The notes under the pieces: model-generated
Told to the model about the DNA's origin: nothing
The model's input: only the letters and a program-made list of their open reading frames with translations
Databases searched by the model: none
Position numbers and translations under genes: made by a program
Shown: in pieces, positions 49,007 to 60,260 of the stretch
How the letters are laid out: each line of letters begins with the position of its first letter
How positions within the stretch are numbered: position 1 is the stretch's first letter
Origin: Vicugna vicugna
Taxonomy: Eukaryota
Direction of reading: 5' to 3'
NCBI GenBank assembly: GCA_013265495.1
Contig: MU058824.1
Location: 3,127,111 to 3,191,110, forward strand
DNA: 64,000 bases

Positions 49007-52000
49007 CTCTTCCAGAGCATCTTCTAAACTGTGGTTCAAACTCCTTCCTAAGGAAGAATTCAGATTATTCTGCCCCAACAGCTCCCCATTACCCTCAGGA
49101 TAAGAAGTTTAACTCCTCAACCTTATCCTCATGGCCCTATGTCTTTAGGTCTCAGGCCCTGGCCAACATTCTCCACCACTCCCCTTCCCAGGCCTTCACA
49201 CCAGCCTAATGTTACCTGCTGCACCAGTTTTACATCTGGACCTCAGTTCATGCAGCTGCCTCACAGGAAAATATGAGGCCGATCAAAGCCTAGCTCAAGT
49301 GCCACCTCTTCCAAAAAGCCTTCTCTGATTTCCAAGCCAGATACAAGTTCTCTCATCTCTGAGCTCCGACTCTCTCTTATGGCTCAGAGCACCTCAGCCT
49401 TCAGTAATAGCTATCTGATTCCATGTACCACCGCCTCTAATAGACTGTAAATTCTTGGAATGCAGGACCCATTTTTATCCACCTTTGTATTTCTCAGAGT
49501 GCTGAGTGAAGCGCTTTGCCCACTGAAAGCATCTGTGCTTATTAGGTGAATACATGAGTAATATGCTGTATAAAGGGAGCATGATATAAATTAGCATCTC
49601 TAATATGATTAGCAAAGGTGGAGAATGTATATATAATCACTAATAAATAGCAGACGATTTGCATATTTGAATGTAAGTAAGAGTTCAATGTTTGCCATTT
49701 GTCAAGTTTGCTTAATTTGATATGCAGCTCAGCCTTATGACCATCATCCTAATCAGGACCATCTTCTCCATGTCCCAGAGCTCAGTAAATTGTATTGGAA
49801 GATAATGCTCAGTTTCTCAAGCCAGACTCCTGGGAGTCATCCTTGACTTTACCCTGCTCTCACCCCTAATATCCTATCAGTCACTACTCCAAAAGATCTC
49901 CAAAGATGTCCGTTTCTCTCTCTCTCCATGGCCACCATTCAATTTCAGGACCCCGCCTCCTGTCCTGAAGACAGATTTCTGCAACAGTCTCCTACCTGGT
50001 CTCCCCACTTTTCATTCTTATCTCACCTGAATGATTCTCCATCCAGCAGCCAGACTGATTTCATAAACACAACCCTGCTCACATGTCTGCCCTGACTGAA
50101 TGACCTAATCCCAAATCCTTACCATGGCTTAATACACCCCTGCCCACTACTCTAGCCTCTACAACCAAGACATTCGTTCTCTCAGTATTTTTGTTCTAGC
50201 CAAACAAGTCTCCTTTGAGTGCTTCAAGTACACAAGCTCTTCCCTATGCTGGGAATATCCCCCAATCCCTGACATTCACACTCTCTAGAGATTTCCCAAA
50301 ACACCCAACCATACGCTTTACCTGCCCAAGTCTACTCTATCTTCTGGTTTTGGCAGACATCTCTCTGTCTCTCTGATGAACACACCCACAAAACCTATGC
50401 ATCCCTTTTTGAAATATACATCGTATTTGTAATGACCAGTGTGAAGTCTCTTACCCTCTCTAGACTAAAGCTCATATGGCAAAAAAACACGTCTTTCTTG
50501 CCCCGTGTGCTGAACTCAATGCTAGGCACAGAGTAAGGCTTCACAAGTGTTTGGAGAACAAAAGAGAAACACAAACCTTACCCATGGTTAAGACAGAGCC
50601 CACGTGGATGCTTTTCAAATGGGTAGGCTTCATTTGTCTGACTTGTCCATCTGGAAGGGTTTGTTCCTCAACAGTGGTAGACAAATGAGGCCCCACTGTG
50701 TTGACTAATCTCTGGACAGTGTCAGCAGCTTTGGCCCAAAGTCTGGATTTGACATTTTCCCCAAAGGCCACATTTCAGCTTTTGTTTGGAAAAGGATTGC
50801 TTAAGAACAGGAGGCCTCTCCTCACAAAGAATGTTCAATATTTGACAAGGAACTCAAGGGAATGATCTCTGTAGCAAAATTTCCTCCTCTGTAGAATCTT
50901 ATAAATATCAAACTAAGCGCTGACAATCCAAAAACCTATGTCTGCTGCCTTTGTAATGGTTTCAAATCACAAATCTCAGGTCGTTCCTTTGACTTTACAT
51001 TGGCTCAGTATAAGACCTGCGGCTACACTAATGGAATTTCTGTCAGATAACTGGATCAAGCCTAAGGTAGAACTAAGAAAAATGTTAAATTTATCATGAA
51101 AATAGCCTTGCATAGACTAATTCTATATTTTATGGGTCATAAGTTCATATTGAGATTAATAACGTTGAAAAAGAAAAATACCAGATGGAGATAGATTATG
51201 CTTCATTCTTTGGCTTTTTATCTGCTCTTTGATAGGCTGGAAAATATATTTTTGCTTCTATCTTGTAACAACAAAGAATTCACTTTTGCGTTCCAGCAGG
51301 ATGTGGAGAAACTATTTTGAATTTATGTTTAAACACTGTATTATGTTTAGCTTGAGTGATTTTAAAAGCTAAAGTCTGATATAAACTGGATTTTTAATCT
51401 AAAGTTTATTCAATGAAAGAAGAAATAGAAGTGGCAGTCTGTACCAGAAAGAAATGTATCATGTAGTCATAATCACAGGACTACGGTCGTGGCTGTGACA
51501 GTCTCTAGGGGACCATTGAATGTGCATATTGTGAGCAGAGCACTATAGGGCGAAGGCCTACGGTTGAAAGGAGGAGAAATCATTCCATTATTACTTTAAA
51601 AAGGAGGTTTAGAAGACAATGGCAACTCTGCGGATGCAGTGAAGGAGGCTTCTAACCTGTTCTCCTCAAATCTTTCCACTTTTGCCCACCAGTTGAAAAG
51701 CAATAAAATAACTGGTACCAGAAATGGTCTTTTTAGATCATTAGGAGTATTAGAAAGATCAATATACCATTCCTATTAATTTTTTTTTACTTTTTAATCA
51801 AAGTATAGTCAGTTTACAATGTTGCGTCAATTTTTGATGTATGGCATAATCATTCCTATAATTAGTAAACAGAGTATTTATGGTTGAAATAAACAAGTCA
51901 ATTTAGAAAGAGTGTAAAATCAATAGCGAGGGCTTCTGACACCGAGATGCCATGATGCATGTGTGTGGGCATGTGCACAGTGTGCATAGGTATGCCTATG

Positions 52001-52544
52001 AGTACATCTATGGGTGTGTGCACGTGTGTGCAGACATGTGCATGTGTGCTCATTAGTATTAAGAGTCAAGATAAATTGAAAGAAATCTTTCTAAGCCCTT
52101 TAAAACCAAGCACCAAGAAGAAGGCATCAAATTCATTAAGCTCTTTATGTTTCTTTAAATCTTGCTCTATAAAACCAACACTTCCAGATTAAGAATAAGA
52201 GAATTCAGTAAATCTTATGTAGAACTGTTTTAATAACACAATAAAATCATTATAAAGTTCAAATGGAAGAATAGGCAGGTAAGAGTGAAAAAATGGAAAA
52301 TGAAGAGTAATAAAAGTCTAGTTTAATAGATAATAAATGTAGTTTTAATACAAATGTTTTAAAACAGGCAATTAGATCAATGGAATAAAATAGCTAGCCT
52401 AGGAAGAGATACAATTTCTCACTCACAGACATATGAATTTCATATACGATCAAAGAAGGGTTGTAAGTCAGTGAAGAAAGAGGAAAGCTCACAGTTAATG
52501 GTAATGCAAATAGTACTTATTATTTTGGAAAAAATCAAGTTAGA

Positions 52545-52745
52545 GTTATAGTATATTTATATTTATATTATATTGTATATAATATATTATCTATATAGTA
52601 TATTGTCTATATAATATTATATTTAATTATATATTATACTTAATTATATATATCATATTGTATGTATTATATTATATTCACATATAACAAAATATTATAA
52701 TATATTATAATGTATTTATATTAAATATTAAATATAAAATATCTT
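52545..52745. repeat. AT-rich low-complexity tract
   Basis: Almost pure degenerate TA/TAT sequence. Confidence 0.9.
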
Positions 52746-55465
52746 AAACTATCAAATTGAAAATTAATTAATTTAATTAATTACTAAGTGAGGATTTTCT
52801 AAGCTTAGAATCAATCAATCACCAAGAGAATAAAAATAGAAACTTGTAGGAGAGAAAAAAAGGTATAATTAAGTGAGAAAGTATTCTATAACGTGTCTTT
52901 GTCATTTTATCACCTCCCTAGTTATACAAAGCTGTTAAGAAGATGACAATTTAGCTCCAAGTTAAAATGGTTAAAAATTAGTTCATAACATAATGTCACT
53001 TTGTTGCAATTTTTATTAAGTAGTTTGCATTACATACTTTATACAGAAATTCAAAACATGTCACAGAGACCATTTGGGGAGTTAGCTATTTCTAAAAGAG
53101 CGCTGATATTGTAAATGTTATTTTTATACTGGAATGCAAAATTAAGTGGTGAGAGAGTAGTCATTTTAATAATCTGAGTAATGTTGCATTTCTATAATTA
53201 GAGGTTATCACTAGGCTTGTAACCTACCTAAGCGCACGCACACACACAAGCACATTCAAACTGAGAACCATTATCTGAATTTGGCTAGTGATTATAGCAA
53301 TAACCACCCACTGAAAATTTATTTAAAATTCAAGAAATCAAAGCAACTTTGAAAGTTGACACTCCTCCCCAGAAAAACACCCATTTTAGATGCATTATAA
53401 AGCTCTAACATTACCCAGGTTCATAAAAGTTATCAATATGTTTAACAACGTTTGGAAATGAAAATCATCATTTTTGACTACTTGGCTCCTATACAATTCA
53501 ATTCCTGTCACAGATAAAATTTAACTTTTATGTAAAAAATGACAATTACAAGTAAAGTAAGTATAGCTGGCTGAAGTGACTGGAAGCTCTTAACAGTCTA
53601 AAGAAACATAATAGGATTGCTAAAAGATGCATGTAAAATTCTATGACTGCAGATTAACTTCATGTTTCCTTTTTTCTGGACTATAGAAAAACATTTCAAT
53701 GTACTTCTTTCATTTCTTGACCTGGCTATCAGGGAACTCAGAGACAATGCTGGTACTTAAATGCTAAATCCTACATCTAATTTTTGGCAACCTATTTACA
53801 GAATTTCAAGAGAGAAGCTAGATATTAGAGAGTTCTAAGGTCAAATGTTCAGGCAATGTCAAGTTAAAGTTACACGGATCTCTTTTCTGCAGGACTTCTC
53901 AGAGCCTTGAATGTGCTAAAGTGCACTGAGTCATCAAGAGTGGGTGGGTAGGAGTGGGACATCGGCTGCATCACTTCCTAAACTTATCTGGCCATGGAGC
54001 CTTTTTAGTAGAGCAGCATCACACAGGACTAGGTTTTACAGAACCCATTTTAGAAAACAATGTACCTAGAAGTTTTCCCATTCATTTCCCAAGAACTACC
54101 CAATCACTTGCAATCTCCTGGAACTCAATCACCTCTGGGCTATGAGATGAGGCCGATATCTGAGCTCATAGAGCCTGTGGTCTAGAAGAAAAAGGGATGT
54201 GCTGAAATGTAAGCGGAACACACCAAAAGAAGCACAGTGCCGATGTTACAAACCAAATACTATGGGATCTCTTGGGAGAGGTTAATTCTGACTGTGGGCT
54301 GAGGAACACTTCATAGATGATTGAGCGTTTCAGCCAGAATTTGAACCATGCGTGGGTTCTGGACACATGGAGATGGAAAGGAAGTGATCTGGCACAGGAA
54401 CCCAGTCTAGGGGATGAGAGTGGAAGAGGGGTGCTTATAATAGCAGTGAGTAGGTCATTTTAGGGGGAGTCTGTTGTGAATGAGGCAAAACAGTAAGACA
54501 AATAGCTGTAAAGGATTGTGGGTCAATCATGGAAAGCCTTAAATGTCAAACAAAAATGTTTCAACTCATCCTATAAGAGAGGAGGACCCATCAAAGGTTT
54601 TGGAGCAGGGAGTGGGGATGGTCCTGAACAAGTCATTCTCGGAGCCTCGGGTTTTCAACTGTAAAATGGGGCTAATTCTCCCAGCCTTGTCTTATCGCAA
54701 TATGTGAGGATCGGAGCACTTGTCTGCAGGGCAGTGCAACCCTGAGCAAGGTTTATTGCTCAGCAGTAGAACAGCTATTTCCAGTTCCTTCAGAAGAATG
54801 TGTGTCTCAGAAACACCTGACATGTGATATTTCATCTCTGCGTCAGGGCCAGACGGGAAATCTGAGATGGAAAATGAGTGCTTCACAACAAAACATAATT
54901 TAAGTTCTCTTGTAGCAGTCAAATCAGATCTGTATTTGATTTCATTTCATTTTGTTTAGAATGAAACAGGGACTGTAAGGAACAGCTGCTGGAAACAAAG
55001 ACAGGGAAAGAGTATAAACAGCAGATTGCCTGACATCGAGTACTAAGACAAGGGGTTGTGTGAGACAGAGAGAGACTGAGAGAGAAAGCATATGTGAGGT
55101 GTGTTCAAAAGAGTATATGTGTGAGTGTGTGTTCCAGAGAGCGTACAAGCTCACGTGTGCAAGTATGTGGGTATGAGTTTGTGTGTATAAGTCTGTGTGT
55201 GAACGTGTGTATCTCTGTAAAGCATGTATGACTTTGGTGTGAGTGTGTCTGTGTGTCTGTGGGCGCCCACTGAAGGACGCAGAGGGAGGAACTGGAAGGG
55301 GACAGAGATAAAGGCACTCCAGCAAAACTGCTGACCCATTTACACTTTTCCCATCACAGGTTGTAAGAACAGTGATCCCCAGGCATTGCCAAGACTGCAA
55401 AATCTCCTCCCACGGGGACACTGAACCCTTGCAGCCAGAAATCCCTGCCAGCCCAGGAGCCTTAC

Positions 55466-55566
55466 CGGGCCGAGCTGTCCCGGGAGCGCCGGAGCCATCT
55501 TGCCACCATTTGTTCTATTCTGTGTGCTTTCCGTGTCTGGAATAAACTGCTCTCCAGCTCTTCCAT
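55466..55566 (-). CDS. FRMPD1: FRMPD1 first coding exon (exon 2)
   Basis: ttccttttag|GTAA-ATG; MEELESSLFQTRKAHRIEQMVARWLRRSRDSSA(R); gtaagg donor. The 15 coding exons sum to 4719 nt = 1572 aa + stop. Confidence 0.95.
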
Positions 55567-57184
55567 TTACCTAAAAGGAAGAAGAGTTCTTTTAAGAAGC
55601 TTACCAAAATATTTATTTGGAAGAGCATTTTGACAAATCACTATGATGCTGCCTGTATTTGCCAATTTTAGGATAAGCTGATCAAATAACTAGGTCTCTC
55701 TTTCTATCTGAAATTAACATAAACAGGTGCTCAGTGTCCATAGAGGGAACAACTATAGCAGCCTGCTGCCTGAAGGAGTCCACAGTCTTGTGGCAAAAAG
55801 ACTGGCTTTATGCCTTAAATGGTTAAACATAGGATTAGGGAATGAAATAGATAAGGCTTCTCAAACTGTGACTGTGACCCACTGGCAGAGACACCCCTTG
55901 CTGCCTGACACTGCCCCCCCGCCCCACCCCCCGCAACTATGTGCACATCCCTGGATAGCAAAGCTCAGCTTTGCCTGCATCAGGAACCACATGGACATGG
56001 AAGCATTCTCATCACACTGTGCCTGTTCTTCTGAGTGCTGCTTCTCTTGTTCAATGTCTTATGTCTAATTTTTTGAATAGGTAATTCTAATTTTTGAATA
56101 GGTAATTTTGAATTTGTATAATCAAAACCCTAGACTGTAAAAAAAAAAAGAAAAAGGATATACAGTTACTGTATTGTGCACTTACAAATTGTTAAGAGGG
56201 AAGATCTCATGTTAAGTGTGTTCTTACCATAATTTAAAAAATGATATACAGTGAAAGGTCTTTCCTCTAAATTTACCTGTCCCTATCTACCTACTTCCCT
56301 CATGCATACAGAATCATCTCTCTCCTTCTTGAGATATTTGTCTTTCCAGAGTTTTTGTATGTCTACACAAACAAATGCAAATATTTTATATACCCTCTTC
56401 TTAATACAAAGGACAGCACATCATACACACTCTTCTGCACCAGGCTTTCTTCTCCCTAGAATATATACCCTTGATATCTTTCCACATAAATACATAGAAT
56501 GCCTCTTTATTCTGTTTGACAACTACTGAGTATTACACTAAATGAATGTACTGTAATTTAAAAAATAGTCCTCCCTTGATTGACATTTGATAGCCAATCT
56601 TTTGCTATTACAAATAATACTGCAGTGAGTTATGCAGCACATGTATCAATTCTGCATATATGCAATTATATATTTGGATAAGCTTCCAGGCATTGAATCT
56701 CTAGGTCAGAACTTCAATGCATTTGTGCTTTGAAAGATATTATCAGGTTACCAAGAAAAACAGTATATGTGTTTGAGATTAAAATTTCATAAAATAATTT
56801 ATATTTTTCTATTCTAGTCTATTTCACTTCTAAAAATACTGTTCTCAATTCACCAAATTAACTTCACAGCCTAAAAAATAATGACACAAAATAAGACATG
56901 ACATTGGCAAATAACCATGGATACAGAGAAAATAAAAAAGAATTATAAGAGATTATGTTGTTTAACATTACACAAACACATTTGAAAACCTGAAGGATAT
57001 GGATGGGTTTCAAGGAAAATATAAGTAAGATGACCCTAGAAGATGTAGAAAATCCAAAAAGACAATTACCATAGAAGAGAAAATTATTAAACAGCTACCC
57101 CCTGCCTCAAAAAATTCCAGGTACAGATAGGTTCAAAGATAAATTCTCACAAATTTATAAGATGTAGCCCACCCAGACAATTTT

Positions 57185-57450
57185 TGTTTTAAATATAAAC
57201 TTTTAATTTTTGAATAATTTTAGGTGTATAAAAAGGTTACAAAGATAATACAGAGAGTTCCAGTATACCGTCCATCCAGCTTTCCTTGATAGCATGTTAC
57301 AAAATCATTGTACCCTTGTCAAAACTAAGAAATTAACACTGGTACAGTCATACTAGCTAAACTGCAAATTTTATTCAGATTTCATCAGTTCTTCCACTAA
57401 TGCTCTTTTCTGTTCCAGGATCCAATCCAGGATATCGTGTTGCTCTTAGC
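57185..57450 (-). mobile_element. L1MC-like 3' end nested in an older L1 ORF2 relic (about 56880-57660, +)
   Basis: Motifs aataattttagg..., aaaactaagaaattaacactggtaca and ttccaggatccaatccaggat. Confidence 0.65.
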
Positions 57451-57869
57451 CAGCTTAGTTTATTTCCCCCCAATGCTATTTCAGCTGTTCTAGAGCATAA
57501 AGAAGGAAAGCTTCCAAATTCTTTTCAGCCAGTATAACACTGATACTGATTCTGGTAAAAATAATACAGTAAAGCAGAGATACAATCTCTCTTATGAATG
57601 TCAAAATAAATATCCCAAATAAAATATTAGCAAATAGAATCTATCAGTAATCAACAGAATAACAGGGAGATCTATACTACAGTGCGCTAACCATTTTCAT
57701 ACAAAAATGAAAGCTGGGCACCCAAACTCATCACTTTGGAAAACTAGAGACTTAAGTTTTTCATCAAATGGCAGCCACATACAAATTAATGGGTGTAAAA
57801 CATAGGCTTCAACCAAAAATAAATTCTATTTAGATCAAGGGATGTGTCAGTCTAGCTTTTTTCTATCAT

Positions 57870-60260
57870 GGGAACAGTAGGCCTGAACACTGTCTTCAGT
57901 TCTACATGGCTCACTTTTTAAAACTATAAAAATGAGGGAGAGTAGATTTCTGGTTAAACATAGTGAACGGAAATAATGTGAATCGAAATAATAATTGCCT
58001 CTCTTTCCTAAATAAACCTTATAAATTACAGTAAAGAAATAAAAAGGGGATAAACCCATTGCATAAAGAGAAGAGAGAAGACAGTGGATGAGATATGTTG
58101 ACAGTGTTTGAAAGATACAAACTGTTTTGAGGAGAGAGAACTGAGCAGAGCAAAGGAAACAGAAACCTACGTGCTTGCAGAAGGAGACTCTGACAAAAAT
58201 GAGCTGATGTGCCCTATGATGGCTCAGGAATTAGAGGCAGTTGGTTCAGGAGAAAGCAGGGATGAGGCATAGGGCTGAAAACATGGAAACAGGTCTCTAT
58301 AAAGCAGCAATTATATTCACAGGCCCCATCCCACTACACCTGCCCACCTAGACAACCATCCCGTCCCCATTCTCCTGGAGACAAGAGGCTTATTCTCTAC
58401 AGAATCAAACAAGAGAGGCTGGAGACTTAGGGAGACTGGGTACAAAAGGATATAGGAATGAAAACAGAAGGATTAAGAAAAACTCATTTTACTAAAGGTC
58501 AAGACCTCCTTTGCCCAGTTCCCGGAATACTGGCAGTTAGGAATTTATGTGCAAAGTAAGAGTCTAGAGAATCCTTTTCTGGGGATTTAAATAGCACCTG
58601 AGAAAAGACCTTCAGATATTGAAACTTCTGGCAACTTACTTCCAGGTTATCCTGCTCTGAAATCTACTAGTCAGTGAGCCCCATCCACTGTACAAAGCTT
58701 CCAGCCATTTGTTTTTAGTGCCTCACTCTTACACATGAATGGATATTTGAGGAAAACCTGTATTATGAGAAATAGGTTAAAACAAACAGAACTCAGAAGA
58801 AACAGAGACAATGCAGGAAACAGAAGAAAAAAGTGTTACTCTATAATTCAGATTCTCAAAAAGATAATACATCCATGAAACAAGAAAAGAATTTTCTTTG
58901 AAAAAGAACAGAGAATAAGAATGAACACTCGGAAATTAAAAATAAGATAACTGGAATAAAAATTCAATTAAAACGTTGAGAAATGTAGTCAATGAACTAT
59001 TACAGAAAGAGTAACCAAAAGCCAAAGATAGGGATAACAGAAAAAAGTTAGAAATGTATAGTTATCAACTCAGGAGGTCCAATATTCATCCAGCATGAGG
59101 TCTATAAAGAGAGAGCAAAGGAAATGGAGGTAAGGAAATTGTTAAATAAGTCAATAAAGTTTCCCTGAAAAACCTAAGTTTCCAGATTAAGAACATCTGC
59201 TAATTATCCAGAATAATTAATGAAAGAAGACCCACACCAAGAAATAACATCTTAAAATTTCAGAAACTAGAAACAGAATATCTTCAAAGCTTTGAGAGAA
59301 AAAAAAAAACAGATCACACACAAATAATTGAGAATAAAAATGGCATTAGAAGTCTCAGTATCAACAATGGAAGCCTGAAGACATTGAAGCCATGCTTTCA
59401 AATTTCTGAAGAAAAATAATTTTCAATCTAGAATTGTATATCAACCTAAACTACCAATCAAATAGTAGACATTTTCAAATGTTTAGGTCTCAAAACATTT
59501 ACCTGTCATATACCCTTTCTCAGAATGCTACTAGTGTATGTACCCCAGCAAAATAAGGAAGTAAATAAATAAAGATGAGATCTAGGAAATTGGGGACAAA
59601 ATACAGACAAGAGACAAAGAGAACATCGAGGATGACCATGAAGGAGTATAATATGCTAATGCCCGTATATAAGAACTAGGGAACCTGTACAGACTGGTGC
59701 ATGAAGACACAGATCTTAGGGGAAAAACAACAGTGGATAGATTTTCTAATGTGTTTGTGCAGAAAATTTCACTGAGAAGTTTGGAAAGTATTAGCAATAA
59801 GTACATGGAAAACTAAGCAAATCAAAAACAAGGAGAATGTTGTATAAGAAAGGAAGCAAAATTATAGTTCATTATTTGGCTCAACAATGAACAATATTTA
59901 CATTGCAGTAATTGTAATGTAAACACTGAAAAATGATTTCTCAAAACAGTGATATAACAATGTCAGGAGAACATGGTGAAGGAAAACTAGTGTAGTGGTA
60001 CAAGAGCTAAATCCTCACCTACCAAAATAATTTGATAATGTACAAAACTAATTAATAAGTTAAGAAACAGTAACTCAAGCATATTTCTCAGAAATATGGA
60101 AGAATAAAACAGAGGAAACAGCTAGAAGAATTGAAAGTTGCTTCTAAGATAAGAAATTAGAGGCTGAGAAGGAGTGGGGCCAGGACTGCTGATTCTATTA
60201 TAAGCCCTTAGTACTATTTTTTAAAACTTTTTAACTACTTTCAATTATTTAATTTAAAGA
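57870..60260 (+). mobile_element. HAL1 (half-L1)-like relic, near full length
   Basis: Degenerate ORF1-like tract (aggtccaatattc..., agacccacacc, gctttcaaatttctgaag...caatctagaatt, ccctttctcagaatgctact) with no ORF2 following. Boundaries approximate. Confidence 0.6.

Noticed and set aside
51541..51554. CACTATAGGGCGAA, matching part of the T7 promoter/vector junction
   Set aside because: Only 14 bp, lacks TAATACGACT, and no vector sequence follows. Treated as chance.
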